Positions 1 to 10,766 of a stretch of DNA of 64,000 nucleotides are shown piece after piece (position 1 is the first letter of the stretch; every line of letters begins with the position of its first letter). A program made the position numbers and the translations under genes. The notes under the pieces were generated by a model. That model had not been told where the DNA came from. It saw only the letters and a list, made by a program, of their open reading frames with translations, and did not search any database. Source of the stretch: an uncultured Planctomycetaceae bacterium (GTDB lineage: Bacteria; Planctomycetota; Planctomycetia; Pirellulales; PALSA-1355); NCBI GenBank assembly GCA_963785305.1, contig CAWAUV010000008.1, positions 1,440,001 through 1,504,000 on the forward strand, given 5' to 3'.

Positions 1-76
1 GCGGCGCCGACGCGGCGCTCCGGGCGCGGGTGTTGTCTCTCCTTGCAATCCACGAGTTTAAGGATCGATCCCAGAC

Positions 77-910
77 ATGGCAGCAGGCGGCGGCGGTGCA
101 TGGAAAGTGGCCTACGCGGACTTCGTGACTGCGATGATGGCGTTTTTTCTCGTGATGTGGATCGTCGCGCAGAATAAACCCGTCAAAGAGGCCGTCGCCA
201 AGTATTTCACCGATCCCTATGGGCTCGCCGATAAGCCCGGCCGCTCGAACACCATGATTCCGCTGCCGGCCAGCGGCAGTCCCACGATCAAAAGCCCCGC
301 GCTCATCAAAGCCAAGACCGCCGCGGGCAAGGCGTCGGCCGATCCAGGATCGAAGACCTCGGAAGAAGCCGACCAGCGCAGCCGCAGCCCCGGCAAGGCC
401 GGCATGAGCTCGGTGAACGACGATCCGCGCACCGTGGGCTCCTTGGTGCGCTTCGACGAAACCAGCGCCGAACTCGACGAGACCGCCCGGCAATCGCTCA
501 ACGAGCTATTGCCCGAACTGCAAGGCAAGTCATTTCGGATCGAAGTTCGCGGCCACACGTCCGGCAAACCGCTTCCGTCGAGCGGCGCGTATAAAGACCC
601 CTGGGCGCTGTCGTATGCGCGATCCATGGAGACCATGAAGTATCTGGTCGAGCACGGAATCTCGCCGAAGCGGATCCGCATTAGCCAAGCCGCCTCGAAC
701 GAACAGAGCGCCAATAGCCAGGCCGACGGGCTGAAAAAGCCGCCCTCGCGAGTCGAGATCTACGCGCTCAATGAACTGGTTTATGAACCCGGCGCCACAC
801 GCGGCCCACATGACGCCAAGCCCGGCAAGGCAAGCTTCAAGCGATCGTCGGCGCATGGGGCGGCGAAGTCGGCGGAGCACGGGGCGACCGCGGCTCGCGC
901 GGAACCGTAA
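77..910 (+). CDS. motB: Flagellar motor stator protein MotB / OmpA-like peptidoglycan-binding protein
   Basis: N-terminal WKVAYADFVTAMMAFFLVMW is the MotB TM/plug motif with the conserved Asp. C-terminal OmpA-like domain (IEVRGHT...WALSYARS...RVEI). Confidence 0.88.
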   Translation: MAAGGGGAWKVAYADFVTAMMAFFLVMWIVAQNKPVKEAVAKYFTDPYGLADKPGRSNTMIPLPASGSPTIKSPALIKAKTAAGKASADPGSKTSEEADQRSRSPGKAGMSSVNDDPRTVGSLVRFDETSAELDETARQSLNELLPELQGKSFRIEVRGHTSGKPLPSSGAYKDPWALSYARSMETMKYLVEHGISPKRIRISQAASNEQSANSQADGLKKPPSRVEIYALNELVYEPGATRGPHDAKPGKASFKRSSAHGAAKSAEHGATAARAEP

Positions 911-944
911 GGAGGCTCGCCCGGGCACGCGCCGTTAAAGACAA

Positions 945-993
945 AACAACAGCCGCCAGTTCCCGCTTCGAGGGAGTTCTGGCGGCTGTTGTT
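945..993. terminator. Bidirectional intrinsic terminator between convergent motB and rpoD
   Basis: Perfect 15-bp inverted repeat AACAACAGCCGCCAG (945-959) / CTGGCGGCTGTTGTT (979-993), with an inner TTCCC/GGGAG stem and A-rich left and T-rich right flanks. Confidence 0.75.
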
Positions 994-1029
994 GTTTCCG
1001 CGGCAAACGGGCGTCATCGCGACGCGCTC

Positions 1030-2722
1030 TCAACTGGCGCTGGCCTGCGCGCCGCCGAGGAAGCCTTCGAGGTGCTTGCTTCGCACCGGATGCTGGAGCT
1101 TGCGCACCGCCTTGGCTTCGATCTGCCGCACGCGTTCGCGGGTGACCTTGAAGATGCGGCCGACTTCTTCGAGCGTGTAGGTGCAACCATCGCCCAGGCC
1201 ATAGCGAAGGCGAATGATTTGCCGCTCGCGATAGGTGAGCGTCTTGAGCAGGCCCTCGATCTTGTCGCGGAGCATGCCCTGGGTGGCGGTGAGAATCGGG
1301 CTCTCGGTGGTCGAGTCTTCAAGAAACTCGCCGAAGCTGCAATCCTCGCTCTCGCCCACCGGGCGATCCAGGCTCACCGGATGCCGGCCGATATTGAGCA
1401 CGCGGCGAGTTTCCTCGAGGCTCAGATCGGAGGCGCGGGCGATTTCCTCCGTCGTCGGCTCGCGGCCGAGGTCTTGAAGCAGCCCCTTGGCCACATTGCG
1501 AATTCGCGAGAGCACATCGATCATGTGGACCGGAATCCGAATCGTGCCGCGCTTGATCGGCGATCGCGCGGGTGATTGCTTGGCGAATCCACCAAGTGGC
1601 GTAGGTCGAGAACTTATAGCCGCGGCGGTATTCGAATTTATCGACGGCCCGCATCAGGCCGGTGTTGCCTTCTTGAATCAGATCGAGAAAGCTAAGGCCG
1701 CGGTTGCGATATTTCTTGGCGATCGAGACCACGAGCCGCAAGTTTCCGCTCGAGAGCTGCCGCTTCACGATTTCGTAGTCGCGGTATTGACGCTCGATGA
1801 CATCGCAGCGATTTCGCAAACTGCGCGGGCTTTCGTGCGTTTGCAGCATGAGTTCGCGCAGTTCGCGGCGGGCGGCGGCGCCTTCTTCCCGCGGAGCGCC
1901 TTCGAGTTCGAGCTGACGCAACCGCCGGCGCAGGGCGTCCATGCGACGCGACATCTCGCGCAATTGTTTGACCATCGGTTGCACGCGGCGCGTGCGAAGG
2001 CTGAGCTCCTCGACCAGGATCAGCGCCTTGCGGCGCCGGCTGCAAAACTGTTTGCGAGCCGCGGCGCCTTCGGCCTCCGGAGTGCGCTTGTCGATGAGCT
2101 GTTTGAAGTCGGCGCGGTTGGCGGCGAGCAGCTTCTCGAGCGTTGCCAGGTTGTGCGGCATGCGCTTCATGATCTGCTCCTTGGTCAGCCGCTCGGTGAG
2201 CGAGACCTTGATCGTGCGGTCGAACGGCAAAGCACCGCGATACACTTCATTGAGCGTGCGCACGGTCGCCGCGAGCGAGAAATTGCAACCCAGCACACTG
2301 CGGCGAAAGCGTTTTCGCGTGACCTCGATCTTTTTGGCCAGCGAAATTTCCTCGCGCCGCGTGAGCAGCGGAATCTCGGCCATCTGCGAGAGATACATGC
2401 GCACCGGGTCGTCGCTCAGCTTGGGCATTTCCCGGGCCGGGAGCGGCGCGAGAGACGATTCGAGCGGCGATTCCAGGTCATCGGCCGACGCGCCTTTTCG
2501 CCCGCGCGGCCTGTCTTCCAGGTCGAGCGCTTCGTCGACGAGCTCGATGCCCATTTCCTCGAGGGCGATCAGCAGATTGTCGAGCTTCTCCGGATTCACC
2601 GCCTCGTCGGGCAGATATTCGTTCACCTGGTCGTAGGTCAGATAGCCTTGGGCCTTGCCGGTCGAGACCAGCGCTTCGAGCTCGCGATGGGCCACCGCGC
2701 GCAGGGCCGCGAGATCGATCAT
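1030..2722 (-). CDS. rpoD: RNA polymerase primary sigma-70 factor RpoD (one apparent frameshift near 1548; start could be as far up as 2890)
   Basis: Region 1.1 ([17 protein letters not shown]), 1.2 ([11 protein letters not shown]), region 2 ([12 protein letters not shown]...[46 protein letters not shown]). Regions 3-4 ([23 protein letters not shown]) continue in ORF 1030..1524. Lies directly downstream of dnaG. Confidence 0.93.
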
Positions 2723-3004
2723 GGTTTCGCCCAGGGGTGCTTCGAGCGAGCCGCGGTCTCCAGCGGCGCTCGTTTCCGTATTCGCGACGTCTCCGCTCAA
2801 GAACGGCATGCCGAGCTGCCGATTCGAGAGGGTCCGGTTCGAGCCGTGATTCGCAACTTCTTGTTTCGATCGGTCATGCAAAGAAGCCACCAGTCAATTC
2901 CTCCCGGACGCTTCATAGCGAGCGCCCATTGACGGACGGTTATGATCGACATCCGCGAGGGACTCCTTGCCCACCGCGCTTCGTCGATCAACCGGCGACG
3001 TATC

Positions 3005-4962
3005 CTACCCTTCCATGGGCGCGGAAATACCTTGCCGGGTTTTGGCCTGCTCTTCGATCTGTCGCATCAGAGCCAATCGCTCTTCCGGGCTGAGTTCGCC
3101 CGCGGTATTTTTCAGCGACGCGATTTTCGAGCGAGCCTCATGCTTCGCATCGCGGCGTCGATACGTCGCGAGCAAGTTCCGAAGCAAGCCGTCGAGATCG
3201 ACTGCGCCCTTGCGTTTGGCGCTTTCGTCAAGCTCAACAAGCAAGTTTTTAACCTCTCGGTCGTCAAACTCCAATAACAATCGCGCAAAGTCGATTGCTT
3301 CGCCTTCCATGTGCCATTGCAAGCAGCGCTCGATCAGCTCACGGCACATCGGCGAGCGTATCCAATCGACCATCAACTCGTCGGCCAGAATCGCGATACA
3401 ACCGGGATTTCTCAGCAAAATCTCGAGCAATTCCCGATCGGCCGGATCAAGCTCGCTCGCTCGCAAGCTTGCATGCGCCGGCGCCGCTGGCGCCGAAAAG
3501 CGATCCAAATCCGCGGCGCGAAAACCGCTGCTCGGCGAGAGGGAAACACTCGTGTTGCCGGGCGACGCCAAGCCTCGCGAGCCGTCGCCGCCGCGCAGCG
3601 CGCGGCCACGCAGTTCGGCCATGCGGGCTCGCAAGCCTTCTTCGGGCACATGGAAATACGCGGCCACGCGACTCAAGAATGCTTGATCGCGCAGATGGCT
3701 TTCGCGACCCGTGGGCCGCGGCGCTTTGGCGATGGTTTCCACGAGCTTATCGAGCGCGCGACTCGAGGCATGCACATCGCGCGCGACATCGATTCCGTCG
3801 GTCGCCAGGCGCATCGCGTGCGTGAGCGCGTCGACGGCGGTGTCGAGCATTCGCTGAAACGCCTCGGGGCCATGTTCCAGCAAGAATTCGCAGGGGTCGG
3901 CCTCCTCGGGTAAAGTGAGCACGCCCAAGTCGGCGTTTTCAGCCAAAAACAGTTCGAGCATTTCGCCCGCCCGGCGGCGGCCGGCTTCATCGCCATCGAG
4001 CACCAAAAGAATTCGGGCATCGCGTCCGCTGGGGGCGTTTTGAGCGATGAGGCGAATCTGTTGCGAGGTCAGCGCCGTGCCACATGCCGCCACGGCGCCC
4101 GTGAAGCCGCTTTGATGCGCCATGATCGTGTCGGTGTAACCTTCCATGACCAGGGCCACGCCTTGGGCGCGAATCGTGTCGCGAGCCAGATTCATGCCAT
4201 AGAGCACTTTGCTTTTGGCATAGAGCGGCGTTTCGGGCGAATTGATGTATTTCGCGGCGTCGGTAGGACCGAGCTCGGGCAACACGCGCCCGCCGACGCC
4301 AACCGGTCGGTTTTGAGCGTCGTAGATCGGAAAGAGCACTCGGCCGCGAAAGCGGTCGTAGCAGCCTTCGCCCCGCTCGCGCCGCTTGGCGAGGCCGATT
4401 TTCTCGAGCACCGCGGGGGAATAGCCGGCCGCGGCGCCGCGCGCAAGAGCCAGTCCCAGGCGTCGGGAGCAAAGCCGAGACGAAAACGGCGCACGCTTTC
4501 ATCGCTCACGCCCCGCTCGACGAGATATTTTCGCGCCACGGCCGCTTGCGGATCGCGAACGAGACAATCATGAAATTCGGCCTCGGCCCAGGCCATGGCC
4601 TGATAAAGCCGCCGCTTCTCGTCGACGGCCTCCGCCGGACGATTGCCCGAGCGAGCGGGCCCCAGTGAGACGCCCGCCCGCTCGGCGAGCATGGCGAGCG
4701 CTTCGCGGAAGTCGACATTTTCCATCTTCATCACGAAGCTGAAAATATCGCCGCCGTCGTTGCAGACCCAGCACTTCCAGCTTTGTCGCTCGGGATTGAC
4801 CTGCAAGCTGGGCCGGGAGTCGGCATGCCAGGGGCAGAGCGCCTTGAACGCTCGGCCCTCGCGGCGGAGCGTCAAATAACTGCCCACGAGATCGACAATG
4901 TCGACCGCGTCTTTGACTCGGAGTTTGGCGTCGTCGAATGATCCAGCAGACACGGGCAACAT
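3005..4962 (-). CDS. dnaG: DNA primase (apparent frameshift near 4435)
   Basis: CHC2 zinc finger (CPWHADSRPS...WKCWVC) in ORF 4192..5019. Catalytic core (YDRFRGRVLFPI, KYINSPETPLY) and TOPRIM (MEGYTD, LDGDEAG) in ORF 3005..4411. Confidence 0.93.
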
Positions 4963-5175
4963 TCCTTGCAATCGAACCGCCTCGCGGGCGCCGCGCGGCG
5001 CGAATTCGCGCGAATCCATCGGGTTGACTTCGCGTGATTATAACAGGCCGGCCGGCGAATCCATTTTCAGAATTCGAGCCACCCGCGCGAAGTTCGCCCG
5101 AGGCACGACGAGAACGATGGTCGCGGAGCAGCGATCGGGCGCACGAGCGCGCGGCGTCGCGGCTCGCGATGGGAA

Positions 5176-6369
5176 TCAAGGTCGCCGCGAACTGGGACGC
5201 TCCTCGACCGGAACTTCCAGCGTTTGCTTCACGCCCTCGCGAATCAGGGTCACGGTGGCTTTCGAGCCGATGGCGGTCTTGGCGACGAGCAAGCTGAGCG
5301 AACCGGAAGATTCGGTCGGCTGGCCATTCCACGCGATGATAAAATCGCCCGGCTCGATTCCGGCCTTTGCCGCCGGCGCTCCAGGCCGCACATCGACGAC
5401 CAGCGCCCCCTTGAGGTTGGGCAATTTGAGCTTGGCGGCCAAGTTGGGCGTCGCTTCGTCGAGCACCACGCCGAGCCACGCGCGGGCCACCTTGCCGTGG
5501 GCGCGGAGCTTGCCGTAGACATCGCGGGCCGTGGAACTGGGAATCGAGAACGAGATGCCTTGATAGGCCTTGCCGATGATCGCGGTGTTGATGCCGACGA
5601 GTTGTCCTTGAATATTCACCAGCGGTCCGCCGCTATTGCCGGGGTTGATCGCCGCGTCGGTCTGGAGGAAATCTTGATAGGGGTTGTGCTGAAAGCCGCG
5701 ACGATTCTTGGCGCTCACGATGCCAAACGAAATACTGCGGTCGAGCCCAAACGGATTTCCGATCGCCCAGACCATGGCGCCCACCTCGAGTGAATCGCTG
5801 TCACCCCACTCGGCGGCGATCAGATCCGAGGCGTCGATCTTGAGCACCGCCAAGTCCGTGGCCGGATCGGCGCCGAGCACCGAGCTCACCAGGCGGCGGC
5901 CATCGCTCAGTTCGACCTCGATCGTGTCTCCGCCCTCGACGACATGGTTGTTCGTGAGAATATATCCTTCGTCGTCGACAATCACGCCCGAGCCTTCGTC
6001 GCGCTCGATCATTTGCTGCTGGCGGAGGCCGAAGAGGCTGGCGAGCTCATCGTTGGGCCCGACCGGAGCGCGGCGCGTGGTTTTGACATGCACCACGCTG
6101 GGGCCGATGCGTTTGGCGATCAGGCCGAAGTCGCGCGACAGGGTTTGCAGCAATTTTTCATCGGGAAGCTGCTTGGCCGCCGATTCGGCTTCGGCCCGCT
6201 CGCGCCCGCGAACGCGGGCATATTCGAGCCGCTCGACCAACATCGGGCCGAGCCACACGATCAGCAGCAGCACGAGCAGCCAAGTGAGGCGCGGCAGCGG
6301 CGAGCGCGGCGCGGCGTAGGGCGACGTTGAATAGGGCCGGGGCGCGCCGGGCTGTGAATATTCTTGCAT
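5176..6369 (-). CDS. HtrA/DegP-family trypsin-like serine protease with PDZ domain
   Basis: N-terminal TM helix, catalytic motifs TNNHV, DLAVLK and GNSGG, C-terminal PDZ (PAAKAGIEPGDFII). Confidence 0.92.
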   Translation of the reverse strand: MQEYSQPGAPRPYSTSPYAAPRSPLPRLTWLLVLLLIVWLGPMLVERLEYARVRGRERAEAESAAKQLPDEKLLQTLSRDFGLIAKRIGPSVVHVKTTRRAPVGPNDELASLFGLRQQQMIERDEGSGVIVDDEGYILTNNHVVEGGDTIEVELSDGRRLVSSVLGADPATDLAVLKIDASDLIAAEWGDSDSLEVGAMVWAIGNPFGLDRSISFGIVSAKNRRGFQHNPYQDFLQTDAAINPGNSGGPLVNIQGQLVGINTAIIGKAYQGISFSIPSSTARDVYGKLRAHGKVARAWLGVVLDEATPNLAAKLKLPNLKGALVVDVRPGAPAAKAGIEPGDFIIAWNGQPTESSGSLSLLVAKTAIGSKATVTLIREGVKQTLEVPVEERPSSRRP

Positions 6370-6533
6370 GGCTCTTCCTGTCCTTTACCGACGGCGTTTA
6401 CCTTTCCATAATTTGAGCGGTTCGTCAAGCATGCGATCCGCGCGCCTCGTGTCGCGCGCCGAATGCGACCGTGGACGCGAAGCGGCTGGGCTCGTCCCGA
6501 GCCTCGACCCGATGGACGTGAAATCCAAAAAGC

Positions 6534-7229
6534 ATGGCCAAGCTTACCAAATCGAGATTCTTCCCGCCGCCCGAGCTGGCCGAGCCCTCGGGCGTGGTGC
6601 TGTTTGGCGGCAGGCTTTCGCCCGAGTGGCTGCTCGACGCCTACGCGCATGGTATTTTTCCCTGGCCGATTTTCGAGAGCGTGGACATGCTGGTCTGGTG
6701 GTCGCCCGACCCGCGCGCGATTTTCGACTTCGATCTGTTTCGCCCCTCGCGGCGCCTGATGCAAACGGCTCGCGGCAAGCGATTCGAAGTAACCAGCAAT
6801 CGCGACTTCGCCGGAGTGATTCGCGGCTGCGCCAGCGCCGGCGACCGGGCGGGCAATACCTGGATCACGCCGGCGATGCTCGACGCCTACCAGGAATTGC
6901 ATTCGCTGGGGCACGCGCATAGTGTCGAGGTTTGGCAAGACGATCGCCTCGTGGGCGGGGTCTACGGCGTGGGTATCGGCGGACTGTTTGCCGGCGAATC
7001 GATGTTTCATCGGGAGCGCGACGCATCGAAAGTGGCGCTCACGCGGCTGGTGCATCATCTTCGCCAGCGCGGCTACGCGCTGTTCGATATCCAGCAGCTC
7101 ACGGAGCACACCGCCAGCCTAGGCGCCATTGAAATCAGCCGCGAGGAATACCTTCGCCGTCTGGAGCGCGCGATCGCCCTGCCCGCGACCTTCGGCGACG
7201 CCCTGACCGCGCTCCCCCGCGCGGGATGA
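6534..7229 (+). CDS. aat: Leucyl/phenylalanyl-tRNA--protein transferase
   Basis: AYAHGIFPW, WWSPDPRA, TWIT, AHSVEVW, GGVYGV, FAGESMF and DASKVAL motifs. Confidence 0.95.
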   Translation: MAKLTKSRFFPPPELAEPSGVVLFGGRLSPEWLLDAYAHGIFPWPIFESVDMLVWWSPDPRAIFDFDLFRPSRRLMQTARGKRFEVTSNRDFAGVIRGCASAGDRAGNTWITPAMLDAYQELHSLGHAHSVEVWQDDRLVGGVYGVGIGGLFAGESMFHRERDASKVALTRLVHHLRQRGYALFDIQQLTEHTASLGAIEISREEYLRRLERAIALPATFGDALTALPRAG

Positions 7230-7246
7230 TCCGCGCGGCTTTTTCG

Positions 7247-10200
7247 TCAACGCGCCATCGCGGTCGAGAGGGCCGCGTCGAGCAAGTCGGCCAAGCGCGA
7301 GCGGGCGGCGGAGTTCCAGGGGAAGTGGCGCTCTTCGCCCGTGCGGAGAAAGTGCAGCGCCAACTCGCGGGGCGGTTTGCCCAGCACGCGTTCCGCCGCG
7401 GCGGCGTAGACCAGCATTTGCAGCTCATATCCCGCGGCAATGCTTTCGAGCGTTCCCGGCGCCACGCGATTCGTCTTGAAGTCGAGCAACGTCCAATCGC
7501 CGGCCGGTGAGCGATACAGCCGGTCGATGAACCCCGTGATTTGAACCTCGCCCGAACCGCCGGCCGCGAGGCTCGATGGCCAAGCCATGAGAAACTCGGT
7601 TTCGACATGATCGATCGTGGCCACCGCGAGCTCCTGGGCGCGGGCCGACTGTAGAAATCGCTCCACAAGCGTCAGGGCCGCGTCGGCTTCGGCGCTGGCC
7701 GCGTCACCTTGCCGCTCGGAGTGGCGCCGCACGAGCGATTCAAGCGCCGCGGGCGACATCGGAAAACGCAGGTCGGCGATCACGGCATGCGCCAGCGTGC
7801 CCAGACCGATCGGATCGATCGCCGCGTCGAGCGAGACCGAGCCGGAATCGTCGTCCGTATCCGAATCATGCATGGGGGTCGTGTTCGCCGCTCGACGTGC
7901 ATGCACGATCCCGCTCAAACGCGAAAATGAAAACTGCCGCCGCTCATGCGCCCGCGCCGCAATCGGCGAAATCAAGTTGGCCGTTGGCTGGGCGCTTGAC
8001 CGCTCGGCGGCGGAGAGCAGTTCCGACCAAGCTGTCTTTTGCGAGGAAGGAGTGCTCGCGACGATGGCCGGCGGCGACATGGTCACCAACACGCGAGGCC
8101 GCTCGCTGGAAGAACCGCGGACGCCCGCGCCGCCATCGACGCTTTCGCGAAGCGCGCCGGTTTCGAGCTCGAAGCGGCTTTCGAGCATGCGCAGCCAACT
8201 ACCTTGGAGGCGAGCGAGATCGGTGAGGCCCGAGGAGAGGATCAGATAATCGGCGGCGCGCGTGGCGGCCACATAAAACAGGCGCCGGCTCTCGGCCTCA
8301 TCGTGTTCGGCCGCGAGCAAGTGAAAGAGCTCGTGGCCGCCCACGGCGGTTTCGTCGCCATCGTCGGGCAATTTGACCAGCGGTCCCCAATCGGCATGAA
8401 ACTCGACGCTCGGCGACTGCGAATTCGCCTGACGATTCAAATCGGCCACCACCACGACGGGAAACTCGAGGCCCTTCGATTGATGAATCGTCATCAGCCG
8501 CACCACATCCATGTCGGACCCGTGCGTGGCCGCGAGCGCCTCTTTCGGTCGATCGGATACCTGGCCGGCCAGCTCGAGGATAAAGTCGGCCAGCTTGAAC
8601 GAACCGTCGCCCTCGAAGTCGCGGGCCAAGTCGATGAGCTTTCGCATGTTGGCCAGCTTGCGCTCGCCCAGGAATTCGGCGAGCAAGAGCGCGTCGTAGC
8701 CGGTGGCGTCGAGGGCGCGTTGAATGAGATCGGCGACCGATACGCGATCTTTCAGGTTCCACAGTTCGGCGAGCGTGGCCGCCGCGAACATCGCCGCCTG
8801 GCGCTGGTCGCCGGAAATCTCGGGCGGCAAGTCGTCGGCCATGAGCCCCGCGCCCAGTCCGGCCGGATGCTGGGCCAACCAGAACAGGGTTTCGTCGGCG
8901 AGCGAAAAGAAGGGACTCCGCAGCGCCGGCCAGACTCACGAGATCGGCCGGATCGTTCACGGCCCGCAGCAGGTTCGCGAGATCGAAGATTTCTTGCTGC
9001 GAATAAAACGCATGGCCGCCAACCAAGTAATAGGGCAGCCCGTGGCGACGCAGCGCGTCTTCATAGTACGACACATCGGAAAGCGCGCGAAACAGGATCG
9101 CGATATCGCCATGGCGCACCGGCCGACCGGGCACGATGCGCGGCTCGCCATTGTCGTTGTCGATCATCGCTCGCAGTCGCCGGGCGATCCAATCGGCCTC
9201 GCGCCGCCGGACCACTTCCGCCGACTCGCGCTCGGTGGGCTCCGCGGGCAGGGCCCAGAGGAATTCGATCGCCGGCTCGCTGGCTGTTCGCGGACGGCTC
9301 GCGGCCAGCGGCTCGTATTCCGAGCCGAGCGCGCCGACGAAGAGGGTGTTGACGAAATCGAGCACCGCCGGTTGGCTGCGAAAGTTGAGCGTGAGCGGCA
9401 GTCGGCCCTGGGGCGGCATTCGTTCGCGTAGGCCGTGAAACACGGTCGGATCGGCGCCGCGAAACCGATAGATCGACTGTTTGAAATCGCCGACGAAAAA
9501 CAGTTTGCCGCTTCGCAGCCCCTCGTCGCAAAGGGCCGAGACCAGATCGACTTGGAGCGGATCGGTGTCTTGAAACTCATCGACCAAGAGCAAATCGATC
9601 TGATTCGAAATCCGCTGGCGGAGTTCGCGCCGCGCGGGGTCGTTGAGCAAGGCGCGCGAGCGAATCAATAGATCGCGAATATCGAGCGACGCGGCGGTGC
9701 GCTTGGCCGCGACGTAGCGCGCGTGGAGCGTGGCGGCGAGCTCGAGCATTGCGAGCCCGACCACGGCCGCATCGGTCGCGGCGCCGGGAGTGAAGGCCAG
9801 TTGGCTCGTAAAACGCTTCAGCACCCGATCGCGCAGCTCCGCGAGCAGATCGCGAAATCGCTCGTAGTCCTCGGGCGATTGCCAGCTTTTGGGAGAGCGT
9901 TTCTTGAGCTTTGCGTTTTCCGCGAGCAGTTCGAGATCGGCGTCGGCGCTGCCCGCGCGCCAATGCCCATCGCCCCAAGCGGCGAGAATCGCGAGCAGCG
10001 CGGCCTTTTGCTCGATGACCACCGGATCGGCCGGCTCGGCATGTTCGAGAAACGCGACCAACGCCGCGGCCGGCTCGCTCGTGACCACGCGCCGCATCAC
10101 GCAGGGCACGACCCGTTCGGCATGCAATTGGGCCCAGCGGGCGACGAGTTTTCCGGGGGTCGACCCGAGCCACGCGGCGAAATCGTCGGCGTCGCGATGA

Positions 10201-10766
10201 CCCGCCAGCCGCCGCAGACGCTCGGCGAGCCCCGACAGGTCGAAGAGCACGGCCAAGTCCATCGTGGCCTGGTCTTGTTCGGCCAAACGCTCGCGGAGCA
10301 GTTCGTCGGCCTCTTGGGCCAGCATGCTATCGCCTTGCGTCGGCTCGAGCACGGTGAACGACGGATCGAGCTCGGCCTCGACCGCATGGGCGCGGAGGAG
10401 CGTGTTGCAAAAGGCGTCGATCGTGGTGATGCGGGCCGAATCGAGGCCGCGGATCATCGCGGCCCAATGCTCGGCTTCTTCATCTCCGGCCGCCCGCAAG
10501 CGATCGTAGCACGCGCGGCGAACGCGATCGCGCATCTCGCGCGCGGCGGCATTGGTAAACGTGATCGCCACCACGTGGCCGATCTTGCTCGGATCGAGCG
10601 ACTCGGGAAAGCGCGGATCGAACTGGGCCAAAAACCGCTGCGTGAGCACGAAGGTCTTGCCGCAGCCGGCGCCGGCCGAAAGCGCGACCGATGAGCCCTT
10701 GGCGCCCAGGGCGGCAGCTTGCTCGGCGGTGAATTGCGGCCGGCTCGGGGCGATGCCATGTGTCAT
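7247..10766 (-). CDS. addA: AddA/UvrD-like ATP-dependent helicase-nuclease subunit A (apparent frameshift near 8922)
   Basis: Walker A AGAGCGKT, VDEFQDTD, GDFKQSIYRFRGAD, LNFRS, MTIHQSKGLEFPVV, YVAATRA, and C-terminal PD-(D/E)XK nuclease (GFIDRL...LDFKT). Start overlaps the addB stop (ATGA). Confidence 0.9.

Noticed and set aside
1030..4962. rpoD and dnaG as pseudogenes or programmed-frameshift genes
   Set aside because: Both halves are fully conserved, the breaks lack slippery motifs, and similar indels occur throughout the window. Sequencing error is the simpler explanation.
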